Origin: Octopus vulgaris
Taxonomy: Eukaryota
Assembly: GCA_951406725.2 (NCBI GenBank)
Contig: OX597823.1
Location: 36,828,001 to 36,892,000, forward strand
Length of the DNA: 64,000 nt
Direction of reading: 5' to 3'
Under the pieces are notes generated by a model. It made no database searches. It was not told where the DNA came from and was given only the letters and a program-made list of their open reading frames with translations. Of this stretch, positions 25,765-38,882 are shown in pieces. How positions within the stretch are numbered: position 1 is the stretch's first letter; each line of letters begins with the position of its first letter. Both the position numbers and the translations under genes were made by a program.

Positions 25765-26732
25765 AACAGCCACAGTAGTTATATCTCCTGGTGGAGAGAC
25801 TGATTTCTTTGAAGTTGAAGTAGGTATTCTGCAGGGTGACACACTCGCTCCTTTCCTGTTCATTATTGTTCTCGACTATGTTCTATGCATTTCTCTAGAC
25901 AGTATGGCGGAAAAGGGATTCCTTTTGAGACCCCCGCCAGAGCAGTTGGCATTGTGCTCAATATTTAACTGATCTTGACTTTGCTGACGATCTTGCCTTG
26001 ATATCCCATTGTATTAAAGATGCAGTGTCTTTGTTACAAGCACCGGAGAAAGCAGCAAACCAGGTCGGCCTTTACTGCAACGAGATTAAGACAGAGTTTA
26101 TCACGACCTCCACTAAGTTAACTGAACTTAAATCGCTCAATAATATATCAATCAAAAACGTTGACGACTTCAAATACCTTGGATCACACATAGTAGGCTC
26201 CCAAAAGGACTTTCCCATTCGCAAAGCTCTTGCTTGAGATGTATGTAACAGACTTGATAAGATCTGGCGCTCAAACCTTCCACCCACGTTAAAAGTTAGA
26301 AAATTTAGACCACTGATTGAGCCGGTCCTTCCCTATGGATCAGAGACCTGGACCTTATCGGCTCTCTTAGAGAAACAACTAGATGGAACATATACCAGCC
26401 TGCTCAGAAAGATACAGAACATCAGTTGGAGACAACACCCAACACTTAGTAACATCTATGGAAATCTGATACCAATATTCCTCAAGCTAAAGCAGAAACG
26501 GCTACAGTTTGCTGGCCACTGTCATCGAGCAGAGAAAGAGGTTATCTCATCCCAGCTCCTATGGCATCCCTCTGGAAGCGTTTTCTCCAGGAAACTGACA
26601 TTTCCAGATACTATATTTCGGGACTCAAGGCTGGATATTAGAGACCTGAACACAGCAATGCAGGACCGAATAGTGTGGAAAGGGATTATAAATGGAGTTC
26701 CGACCAACCTATGGTTGGTCGGATGATGATGA
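25765..26732 (+). mobile_element. 5'-truncated RTE/RTEX-type LINE, RT domain pseudogene
   Basis: VISPGGETDFFEVEVGILQGDTLAPFLFIIVLDYVL, DLDFADDLAL, VDDFKYLGS, YGSETWTLS, RLQFAGHCHR; frameshifts and stops; ends ggtcggatgatgatga. Confidence 0.92.
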
Positions 26733-26751
26733 TTTTTATGATATGCATGCG

Positions 26752-26814
<63 letters not shown>

Positions 26815-26930
26815 TGGTGTTTGAAAACCGGGATGTGTTGAAAGTACGTGAAAATAAAGTAAAATAAACGGTTAACATGAGTTTAACAGTAGGGAACTAG
26901 TTAAATTGGTTCATAAAATAACACTGCATA

Positions 26931-27234
26931 AACTGTGGAACTAGAAATGTAGTCTATAGCATAAGGTGTATAGAAGGTGCTTGTATAGACAAGAACATGA
27001 TATACATATACATAGGTGAGATATCTGGGAGCATTGCGGAGAGACTAATTGAATATTTGAGACAATATCACGACAAAAAAACAGTCCTCCATACTCTACC
27101 AACATGGAGATACACTGGGTCAACTTGACATCCGCATTTTATTCAAGGACCCGAAGGACCCAACATTCAGAAAAATACAAGAGTACGTTCTCGTAAACGA
27201 AACATCCCCATTACTGAATAGAAAATATACGTAG
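26931..27234 (+). mobile_element. Penelope-like element, GIY-YIG endonuclease remnant
   Basis: Manual translation NCGTRNVVYSIRCIEGAC..YIGEISGSIAERLIEY..(frameshift in A7)..SILYQH..PTFRKIQEYVLVNETSPLLNRKYT*. Confidence 0.85.
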
Positions 27235-27360
27235 TAGGTAGTCACAATTTATATATATATACAGGTAGAGTAGTTAGTGGGCTGTTATGTAGACGTATGT
27301 ATGTGTATGAGAATGCATGTGTATATATATGCGTATATATATGTATATTTGTATACATAC

Positions 27361-27423
<63 letters not shown>

Positions 27424-27604
27424 AAATTAGAAAATGGAGAAACATACTTAAATCAATCAAACATCAACCAACAGATGATACCCAATCAATACTTTATTAC
27501 ACCATTACATAACAGTAAAGGCATTATACAAAATATATTGTAAATATAATTAGACAAGGAAATAGAAATATAAAATATAAAATATAATATGTAATTATAT
27601 CATA

Positions 27605-27715
27605 TCTGACAGCTGTTTCGGCAGTAAGGGCAATCATGCCTCATTTAACCTATAAGCCATATAAGGCAGGTATAAATGAGACATTAACAAGGATGCCCCA
27701 CGGCCTCTTCAGAGA
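27605..27715 (-). ncRNA. Type I hammerhead ribozyme with long stem II and palindromic stem III
   Basis: Minus strand TCT-CTGAAGA-GGC[~80-nt hairpin]GCC-GAAA-CAGCTG-TC-AGA: all core residues and the GUC cleavage triplet are present. Confidence 0.75.
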
Positions 27716-28069
27716 ATTTAATAAATTATAATTGTGAAAAAAATTTTTTCCATATACATATCAATATAAAAATGTAAAATATAAAAACGTGTGCATAGAC
27801 ACCATAATACTACACACATATATATATATTCATTAATACAATAATACAAGATACACAAAACAAAATAAAACAAAATATATATCAATATATATTAATAAGC
27901 TCAGTTATTCTACATATTGATTTAATAGTTCTAAAAACTACCACAGAAGAATATATATGCATACTCACATTTAAATTAAAATCAGACTTATACATGAAAA
28001 GTAATAAAAAACTACATTTCAGTTCATAAAATTATAAACCTGTAAAAGTCAATAATAATTACTATTAAT

Positions 28070-28100
<31 letters not shown>

Positions 28101-28573
28101 GATACAGTTATGTCTGCACCAAGTACATCCATCGGATATCTACATATCTGAGTGTCTGATGTATGTATGTATGTATGTATGTATGTATGTATGTATGTAT
28201 GTATGTATGTATATGCATATATATATGTAGGTAAATGGATATGAATGTAAACAGATAGACATACAGATAGATAGGTACATAGGTAATATGTCCAGACAAG
28301 CACAAACACGCACACATACACACATACATGCGCAAAGGAAGACTGAAACATATGACCATATACATACACGCATGATTCACACAAGGACACATATGGAGAC
28401 ACATTCATACATAACAGACGCACGTACATAGTCACAAAAACCCATACACAGACACACTCAGACGTGCACACACAAGGTGACAGAGGTACACACACACACA
28501 TGCAAGCACACAAACACGAACAAACATGAATATGCAGAATACAAACATACAAACGTACACACATGCATACGTA

Positions 28574-29092
28574 CCGTAAATCCTCGAGTATAATCCTCAC
28601 TTTTTCCCCAAAATTTAAAGGTCAAAATCCCCAGTGTGTACTACATACGAGGTTAAAAATGAAAATTATTTTCTAAGCAATGTCCGAGACCCTATTTGCT
28701 GTCCGGCAATGTTTATTCAGACGCATTTTGTGATGTCGGGCGCGAAAATACCTTAAACTAAGCCTGAAAGCAATGAAGTCATAAAAGAATCATCCGTAAC
28801 TTGCAGTAAGCAACATTTATTAAACGTTATTACTGTTATTACTGTTATTTCTTTATTTTCTGCAAACAAAATGTACAAAAAAGCTACACGTTTGCATTAT
28901 GTTATATATACAATAATAATAAAGGACGTTACCGTATACAGTTTTACAAACCAAGGACGTTACATAGACCTCCTTGACTGAAGTTAGAGAAGGGGTGCGT
29001 ATTATACACAAGGTTTAGGTTTTTCAGAGGTACAACCCCCTAAAAATCCCCTGCGTATTATACTCAAGGGCGGACTATACTCGAGGATTTAC

Positions 29093-29094
<2 letters not shown>
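28574..29094. mobile_element. Tc2/pogo-type MITE (521 bp)
   Basis: 19-bp perfect TIR CCGTAAATCCTCGAGTATA, TA on both flanks, subterminal tgcgtattatac repeats. Confidence 0.92.
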
Positions 29095-29135
<41 letters not shown>

Positions 29136-29141
<6 letters not shown>

Positions 29142-29786
29142 CTGTCTATATCGACATGCTTTCCTGACTTTTCTTCCTCTTATCTTGTTCACACCAGCTC
29201 AGCTCCAGCTCTGTAGCATAGACCACGGACTCACTTCGAAATTGAAGTCAAAATGCCAGTCTTTCCTCTTGCGCAAATACACCCGACCTGTCGTTGACGC
29301 TCCTATTCTCCCAACTGATTCCATCAGACGTTGTTGGTGATGGAGTTTAGTCGCTGGTCAGCTTCAACCGAGCAGACGCGTTATCAAAGATATCCAGATG
29401 TATCTATCACTACACTATCCATAATGCGTCTTTCTTTTTCGAAGGCAGGAAAGTGTAGTTTATGGGAAATTTGGCTGCTATGTCTAGCAGACCAAACAAC
29501 CACATTGTAAGTGAAAGATGGCCAGGACATATGTGTGAGTATCAGTCTATGTATCTATATTTTATTGTGTCTAAGGAGAGTCATTCTTTTTTAGTGCCTT
29601 ATTATTTAACACACTCAGCGGTTCAATTTCCACTAATTTTTTTTCATTTTAAAATTTTCGTTGCGTCTTGCAACCTTTTCAACACACACTCAGTGACACG
29701 AGACTGGACAGAGAGCAGAGCCAAAATTCTTAGAAAACCACAGGAGGTCCAGCAGGCCAATAATACTTCTTCTTCCCTCTCAGATA

Positions 29787-29861
<75 letters not shown>

Positions 29862-30154
29862 ACGCACACACATACACACACACACACACATACACATACA
29901 CACATGTTTTCTCTGTCTCACTTCCTCCTCACCCTTTTATACTGTCTTATTCCTCCCCACTACTACGAAACTCTATAAAATGTTCAAATTCCCCACAAAG
30001 GAATTGATTTGATTTGAAAACCCCACTGGATTGGGAGAAAGCGCTAATAATCCGAATGATATGATCTGAATGATATGATATATATGTAAAAAATGTAATA
30101 TATAAATAAATATCTATAAATATGAACCATCCGATCTGATTACCTCATTTTTTG

Positions 30155-30199
<45 letters not shown>

Positions 30200-30279
30200 T
30201 ACAAACATACATGCATACACACATGCATGCATGCATACATACATACATACATACATACATACATACATACATACATACA

Positions 30280-30310
<31 letters not shown>

Positions 30311-30939
30311 GTGTATGCGCACGCACACTGACCCACACACATTCACACAAACAAGCAAAAAGAAAGCAGCTCGGATAACGGACAGTCAACGACTATTGAA
30401 AAGGTTGCAAGACGCAACGAAAATCTTAAAATGAAAAAAAATGAGTGGAAATTGAACCGCTGAGTGTGTTAAATAATAAGGCACTAAAAAAGAATGACTC
30501 TCCTTAGACACAATAAAATATAGATACATAGACTGATACTCACACATATGTCCTGGCCATCTTTCACTTACAATGTGGTTGTTTGGTCTGCTAGACATAG
30601 CAGCCAAATTTCCCATAAACTACACTTTCCTGCCTTCGAAAAAGAAAGACGCATTATGGATAGTGTAGTGATAGATACATCTGGATATCTTTGATAACGC
30701 GTCTGCTCGGTTGAAGCTGACCAGCGACTAAACTCCACCAACAACGTCTGATGGAATCAGTTGGAAGAATAGGAGCGTCAACGACAGGTCGGGTGTATTT
30801 GCGCCGGAGGAAAGACTGGCACTTTGACTTCAATTTCGAAGTGAGTCCGTGGTCTATGCTACAGAGCTGGAGCTGAGCTGGTGTGAACAAGATAAGAGGA
30901 AGAAAAGTCAGGAAAGCATGTCGATAGAGACTGTAATAT
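29136..30939. repeat. Near-identical ~545-bp inverted duplication (29136-29682 / 30396-30939)
   Basis: Arms differ by a few substitutions and a small indel; the ORF track shows identical peptides at 29462(+) and 30616(-). Confidence 0.95.
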
Positions 30940-31165
30940 CGCTGTGTTAGAGTTTGAGAGGGTTAATTTCTGTGCAGTGTAGAAGTTGTGAGGGATATTA
31001 AAAGAGTGAGTAACTTCCTGGTGTAAGAGACAATTGATGTAAGAAACAAATAGATCAGGAGATGGCCACATAAACTGTTGAAAATTTGGGTTTCATTGTG
31101 ACCAAATAACTCAGTAGCATAATTGGGGGTCCATTTTTGTGCCCATGGCTATTCTGATTATTCTA
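30870..31165 (-). pseudogene. Penelope-like reverse-transcriptase remnant
   Basis: Minus strand IAMGTKMDP/NYA, ETQIFNSL, PSPDLFVSYI, DITVSID, DFSSS in the order expected for PLE RT (AMGxxxxPxYA...RYIDD...FLD...FxSxHP); heavily frameshifted. Confidence 0.65.
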
Positions 31166-31624
31166 CTTATCCCCATATTGTACTGCTCGCACACTACTCA
31201 CATCAGCTCTACTGACTTTTCTCTTTTTCCCATATCAACTCGTCTATATCACTTCTTAACTTTATTCACTCACTCATTTGTAATTTTGAAGCCGAGACAA
31301 CAAAGCTATTATATACAATCTCTCTCCGAAGAAGAATAGATCTCAGAAACATTACATTATTTTATTTCATGCAGTAGATTAACTCACTGAACTCTTCCAC
31401 AAATTATGATATTGCTATAAAATGTAGATTTCGTTTTTGGATTAGGTTTGCAAGATTCTTTATATGAGTTCGTGTGTTGAAGCATATTCTGTTGTGTCTG
31501 GGGAGAGTCATTTTCTTTTTGTGCTTTATAATATAACACACGCACCAGTAAAATTTCCACTTTTTTTTCTTATTTTTATTTTCCTAAAATTTTCGTTGCA
31601 TCTTGTAACCTTTTCAATAGTTTT

Positions 31625-31800
31625 GACCCAAAAGACCCAACACTCAGACAAATACGGGAGTACGTCCTTATAAATGAAACCTCCCCAATACTAAATAGGA
31701 AGTATACATAGTAAATACCATACCTCCATACCCACAGTTTACACGGGTAGAATAGAATAGTTAATGAACTGTCAGATAGATAAATGTATGTATGTATGTA

Positions 31801-31852
<52 letters not shown>

Positions 31853-32340
31853 CGTGTGTGTGTGTATGCACCTTTTTTTCTGTAGTAAGCATATAGATAT
31901 GAAAATAAACAGATCAACATACAGACGGATAGGTACATAGGCTATAAAAACAGACACATATGGAGACACGGATCCACACATATAAAGATGCACATCCATA
32001 CATACAAACATGGTGCATAGTTGCATAACACACACACACACAGATATGCAAACACAAGGAGACAGAGGTGCATACATATACAGACACATGCTCACACACA
32101 CATACATAGAAAATACACAAACATGGACATGCAAGCACATAAATATGCAGGATACGTACATACAGATGCACGCACATACATACATATGCATACACACACA
32201 CACATATATACATACATACACATGCAAACACACACATACATACGTACATGCATGCATAGACACACACACACACACACACACTGACCCACACACATGCGCA
32301 CAAACAAACAAAAAGGAACGCAGTGTAAATAACGGACAGA
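31625..32340 (+). mobile_element. Penelope-like ORF 3' end plus microsatellite-rich downstream region (second copy)
   Basis: DPKDPTLRQIREYVLINETSPILNRKYT* at 31625-31711 matches the end of 26931-27234; the downstream part resembles 28230-28570. Confidence 0.7.
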
Positions 32341-32904
32341 GTCAAAACTATCGAAAAGGTTGCAAGACGCAACGAAAATTTTAGATAAATAAAAATAAGA
32401 AGCAAGTGGAAATTTTACCGGTGAGTGTGTTATATTATAAGGCACAAAAAGAAAATTACTCTCTCCAGACACAACCGAATATAAATGTAGAATTTCTTTT
32501 TATCTAAGGTATAGATACATTGATACATTGAAGGTTGATAGCAGCAGGTTGATGTTTGTATGTATGGATGTGCATCTTTATATGTGTGGATCCGTGTCTC
32601 CATATGTGTCTGTTTGTGCTTTTGTTCTCACTGGATCCAAATTACATATTCCATACATTTCCTTACATGGCATTAAGGTTTTTCACTATGACCAACATTA
32701 CTGAAAGGTTGTCTTCTTGGAGTTTATCTCAGAGATACCTTATTTCATCGGAGTGGGTCCACTCTAAAGACTATCTGTTTGTATTATGTCACTAAACTCC
32801 AATGAAGAATTGAGTCTCTTGAAGATCTTACTTCAATTAATACAGCTTATTAATTAGGAAATTCTACAAACGCTTTTATTTTTAGTTACTATTCATTTTA
32901 ACTA

Positions 32905-33206
32905 CAGTAATCCTTCGCCATATCGCGGTTCACCTATCGCGGTTCACCTATCGCGGTTCACCTATCGCGGTATATTATTTAAGCTTACGTCGATTATCGT
33001 TTTGTATTTATAATAAAATAAATTATAAATACAATAAAATGAATACAATACGATAAAATAAATACAATAAATAGATACAATAACGCAAATACAAATTATA
33101 AAATAATAATATAAAAAATATACAGGAAAGTACTGTTTCTACTTCGCGGATTTTCACCAACGGGCAGTTTTGGAACGTAACACTCGCGATAGTCGAGGGA
33201 TTACGG
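32905..33206. mobile_element. Tigger/pogo-type MITE with an internal 14-bp tandem array
   Basis: TA|CAGTAATCCTTCGCCATATCGCG ... CGCGATAGTCGAGGGATTACGG|TA; tatcgcggttcacc x3.5 at 32921-32970. Confidence 0.85.
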
Positions 33207-34741
33207 TATATTGTTTATCTCTCAAATGGCTTTGAAGACTAGATTCAGCGACTTACATACACATAGCTTTCGTATTAAGTTCTGATATTTTGTCAAATAT
33301 TCTTTCGTGTTACTTTTTTTTTTATCTAATGACAACTACTTGGAGCTAGCCATTACAAGTTGATAACTAACATCTGATAAATACGTAATACTTTATTTTA
33401 GTTTCTAATTATCAAATTTCGACACCTGTGTTTATGCTGTTGCAAAGGCCAACCTTTGTACTCTGTGGCTTGAGTGTAATATTGGACCACCATTCAATTC
33501 TTGACTTCACCCAGTTTAATTTCATAGTCTTGATTTTCTTTCAAAACGTCCTTGTTTTGTTCCGAAAAGAAGCCTTTTGTGAAATACACTACATTTTCTC
33601 TTCTGTCTCAGTAGACTGTTTACCGATTCGGATTTACCTTTCAGACTTTCTCTATTGATCCTGGAATATTCCACTTGTATTGTTGGATTTTTACCTAACT
33701 GTTTATAGTACTACTTTAGATGCACTTTTATACTATTTTTATGTCCTCAGCGTGTTATTTTTTTTATCTGGCTACCTAGGAACCACAATATGCAAAACAA
33801 CTGTAAAACAAAAAAAATATTAAGGAAGTGAACGGTTAAAATGAGACAACTGTGTGTGTGTATGTGTGTGTTAGAGAGAGAGAAGGGAGAAAGAGAGAGA
33901 GAGAGAAGAGAAGGGGGGCTGACATAGTTAAATAGACTAGTAGATAAATAAATAGATAAATAGATAAATAAATAAATTGACTGATAGGTTAGATAGACGG
34001 GTAAATGACTGGATAGCTAAATAAATGTATAAACAGGTAAGTAGGTAGACAGATGGATAGGTAGATAGGTAAGTATTTTGGAATGGAAATAACGTACATA
34101 TATGTGAAGACAGATAGAGAGAGAGAGAGAGGTGATGAGAGAGGGAGAGAGAAAAAGAGAAAGAATGACATAACTAAAGCAAACGAGCAATGCTATTAAT
34201 ATTCTACAATAAGACCAAATGGGAGCATTTTCTCTGTATTGTAAGAATGTGTGCGTGTGAGTGCTCGTGCGTGTCTTCACATCAGCTCATCCCCTATATA
34301 AATATAAATGATGGAGGTATGAATAGAATTACAAGGAACAAGAAAAAAAAACGCATCATAAAAATAAAAATCCATTCTAATTTGAAAATACATAAGAGTT
34401 TCCTTGCCCTAAATTTAGAAGGACATGTTCTAGTATAATCAAGGAGCCCATGAAAAGAGATAAAATGGGATACAGGTTTAGGGAAATATTAGTTGAGAAA
34501 AGTACTTTAGGCTTTTGTTTTGTTAGCGTTAATAGATATCATTTTCCCAGAAGAGTTTTAAAAAATTCAATGTTAAATCAGTATCAGAGAAAAAAAAAAA
34601 AACGAAAAAATGGTGGTGATTTGAATGTTATCTGGATGTCGTCTGCTCGGATGTAAGATTTCCCTCTGGAAACGTTTCCTTTTTACTCTGCTCCACAGAG
34701 ACGAGACTCTCAGTCCCATCCCAGGATTTGAAAAATCTGCT

Positions 34742-34795
<54 letters not shown>

Positions 34796-35185
34796 GCACG
34801 CACGCACGCACACATTCACTCATCAAGAGCTCGTCCCTCCAACTTTCAATCTTAAAGTACCATTGCACTATATCAGTACTTTTTCTTTCTTTCTATTTTC
34901 CTTTCTTTTTTAGTCTTTTCTTTCTTTTATTCTTTGTTACTTTCTTTTCTTTCATTTACTCTTTCTCACCACACACACTTATCTCCACCCTCCCTCTTTC
35001 TCTCTCTCTCTCTCTCATATTTTCAGACTCGCTTCATTTCCTATACTTCATTCAAATGGCTTTATTCCACCCGACTTCAACTTCTCTAATCCATCCTCTT
35101 TAACTTCTTCTGTTTCGTGTTTTCTGTTTTTCACTCTTTTATTCTTTCTCTTTATCGTACCTCTTATTAATTCATTCACTTAGTC

Positions 35186-35236
<51 letters not shown>

Positions 35237-35864
35237 TCCCCTTCATTCAACTTTTCTTCATATTTTCCTTACCCATTTAGCTTCTCTTTCATTGGCTTCT
35301 TCTTCTTCTTCTTCTTCTTCTTCTTCTTCTTCTTCTTCTTCTTCTTCTTCTTCTTCTTCTTCTTCTTCTTCTTCTTCTTCTTCTTCTTCTTCTTCTTCTT
35401 CTTCTTCTTCTTCTTCTTCTTCTTCTTCTTCTTCTTTTCTTTCTTTCTTTCTTTCTTTCTTTCCCCTTCATTCAACTTTTCTTCATATTTTCCTTACCCA
35501 TTTAGCTTCTCTTTCATTGGCTTCTTCTTCTTCTTCTTCTTCTTCTTCTTCTTCTTCTTCTTCTTCTTCTTCTTCTTCTTCTTCTTCTTCTTCTTCTTCT
35601 TCTTCTTCTTCTTCTTCTTCTTCTTCTTCTTCTTCTTCTTCTTCTTCTTCTTCTTCTTCTTCTTCTTCTTCTTCTTCTTCTTCTTCTTCTTCTTCTTCTT
35701 TTCTTTCTTTCTTTCTTTCTTTCTTTCCCCTTCATTCAATTTTTCTTCATATTTTCCTTACCCATTTAGCTTCTCTTTCATTGGCTTCTTCTTCTTCTTC
35801 TTCTTCTTCTTCTTCTTCTTCTTCTTCTTCTTCTTCTTCTTCTTCTTCTTCTTCTTCTTCTTCT

Positions 35865-35900
<36 letters not shown>

Positions 35901-36075
35901 TCCCCTTCATTCAACTTTTCTTCATATTTTCCTTACCCATTTAGCTTCTCTTTCATTGGCTTCTTCTTCTTCTTCTTCTTCTTCTTCTTCTTCTTCTTCT
36001 TCTTCTTCTTCTTCTTCTTCTTCTTCTTCTTCTTCTTCTTCTTCTTCTTTCTTTCTTTCTCTCTTTCTTTCTTTC
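35186..36075. repeat. Compound minisatellite: 58-bp unit alternating with variable (CTT)n(CTTT)n tracts, 4 copies
   Basis: Unit ccccttcattcaa...tttcattgg at 35238, 35463, 35727, 35902. Confidence 0.95.
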
Positions 36076-38882
36076 TTTTCATCTTAACATCTTCATGTCT
36101 CCACCCCCTCCACTATACACCAGCAAACAACTTTATTACAGCTAAAGCAGTGAACTCCACATCTGGTTAGGCCATAACTTTCAACATTAACCAGATGAGG
36201 CACCGAGAGTGTGCCTCCATGCGATCACTCGACCTGCTAGAAATAGTCATCAAATTCTTTTCAAACGATACCACACAGCTTTTAAAATGTCTGGATGGTC
36301 ATGACTGGAATACTTTTGATCATAGGTTGTCTCAGTGAGGTCTTATCTGAGGTAAAAACCAACATTATCCAGAAATACCGTCCTCTACTTCATAGAAAAC
36401 AATTACCCAACTCTGCGAATCAGCTTCTAATCGTTGTCTTATTCTTCAAGTTTCTATCTGACCCAGTTCTTATACAACAGTAGCTAAACTATTCTTATCA
36501 CAATCAACACACAAATTAAAGATCCTTAACCTTCACACGGAACCTAATTTCTTAGGAGTACAAACAAAAAAAAACGCCATTTTATTTGGGAATGTTATTT
36601 ACAACTTCACACGTGTGTTGAGAGTTAGATAGATGGCAACACGCTCGATTAGCGATACAGCTGACAGGGCTGGGAGAAGAAAACGTTCGCTTCCTAACTA
36701 CTTGCTTACAGGTTCGATTTCATTGCTGGGTTGACAAGAAATTTTTTTTTGTCGAAATGGCGGTTCATTGGTTGAGGGAAACTGTAATGAGGCATGTCAA
36801 AGGGAGAAAGAATTTCTAAATGGAAACTATGTGGAATCCTTCAAAGGAGCAGTTCATTGAGTATTCCAGCGACCTATATTTTGTTGCCATTTTTCGTGAT
36901 AGGCCCCCTCCTCGAGGCTATCTTAACTTCTTCAAACCGTCCGTTTCGAATCTTATGAAAAAGGCTGCGACTGCTACACTCCAACCGCTGAGGAAATGTA
37001 AAAGTTGATAGTTCGAATCTGTGTTTCTGCGAAGATATCTTAAAGCCTTCGTTGGTTCTATCAAGCACCAAGTTGTAAATAAATAGCACAGGGATGTACG
37101 TAGTGTTTCGTTAATATATACTTGTTGATCAAATTAAACACACACACACACACACATTCATGCATGATATATATACACATGTACATATTCACGCATGCAC
37201 AAAAGAATGAAAGGCAAATTAGGTCGCAACAGGATTTGAACTCAGAACACAAAGGATACCGAAGAAATGCACCAACGATTCTGCCAGCTGGCTACCTTTC
37301 TTCGTAAACTGCCAACATAGTTTCTCTAGAACTGTTTAGCGTGAAGTTGTAGAACCTTTTATATTTTTAGTGAGATTTTTCTGTCTTAAAAAGCCTCAAA
37401 TATGAAACTTATTAAATATACTTATTTTGTTTCCTAATATTCTGTTTAAAGAAAAAAACTGTACTCGAAACTCCCGTTCATAATTTTTTTACACTAGACA
37501 TGTTATGATGTTGTAACTGTACTTGTGGCCCTTATAGTGTTCCTGTTACTCTTTCTTTTATAGGAAACATTTGCTCTTTCAAAATAATTATCACGAATAA
37601 TAAACTGGATTCCCCAAGCATACTCAGTTAGGTGTTCGAATGACTAGGTTTCCTAAATTACAGATTTTGGGTACTTTCAGAACCACGACAAATTTTCGTT
37701 TCATCTAGAACTTACCAGATCCTTTTTATTTAATTAATTATATGTTTAAAGGAGTTATTTATCAGTTCGCCATACGTTTATCGTCTCTCCCTAACATCAA
37801 TGTTTATCATCATTAGAGGAAGTGCGTCGAAATGATAGCCTAAGTTTTTACTATAGATAACATGGATTTTAATTTTTATTGCAAACAAAATAGAAGAGAA
37901 ATAATCGAGAGGATTTTAGTGTTGCATTGTTGCAGTGACATCACTTTTATCGATCTTGAAGAATCTTTGTTTCTTCATGATTAATTTAACAAACTTTCTC
38001 TATGACATATTAGAATAATAGAGTTTATGGCAATAAGCAATGAATAAATTCTGGTTAAAGAGATTATGGGAATCTTCAATTAAAGACTGTTTAAAACAGA
38101 GATTGTAGAATCTGAGGGAAAAGAGATGAGAGAAAAAAACGAGAGAAAAAGAAAGAAAGAAAGAAAGAGAGAGAGAAAGAGAGAAAAAGAGAGAGAAAGG
38201 GAGAGAGATGTGGGTACAGGTATATAGGAAAAGAAGGAGAGGGTAAAGAAATGGTAGCAGCTTGTCGATGTGCTAGTAGTAGCAGCAGAAGTTGGAAGTT
38301 GGAAGAGATCTCTAACCTTCTTCTGATTGTTTTTCCAAAAGTATGTTTTGGAATTCCAGCCTCCAAGAATAAGTGGACTTTATTTCAGGTTTAAGATGTT
38401 CAAGGTTTACTGGGAAAGGCTCTAAAGATGCTAATTACCTAATTACCTTAGAATATTGACCATGAAACCTTCATATGGCACCTCAACCTCTAAAAATAGC
38501 AGCCAAATCTCTCTTAAATCACTCCTTACATTTTAAAAAAAGGAACACAATAGATCACGCGGTCCCGAAAGACTATATCTAAGAAAAACAGACGAGATGG
38601 CCACGACTGGAAGACCTTTGATCATGGGATTATTCAGATACGTCCTGGTGTTCAACAACAAAACAAAAACTTTGTAGACTAGCCAGCCCACGTTCCATAG
38701 AACCCTGATTTAATAACAGTGTTCTTCTCAGATCAGAAATTCTTTTCCTTTCCCAATCCCTTACATTCTGGGTCGAAGCAAAGTTTCGATTTGTTCAGTA
38801 TGAATTAGGGTTGACTAGGTTAGCTCTATTGAGCTGTGGGTATTGTCTGTGAGGTTTCAACAAAGACATAACTAATATTGAT

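Noticed and set aside
33300-33790. Possible further Penelope linker/GIY-YIG remnant on the minus strand (ENVVY, YEI.W hints)
   Set aside because: Too decayed to support without an alignment.
35186-36075. Constant unit separated by variable 'spacers' (CRISPR-like look) and the 292-aa poly-Ser ORF
   Set aside because: Spacers are only (CTT)n/(CTTT)n, there are no cas genes and the DNA is eukaryotic; the ORF is a triplet-repeat artefact.
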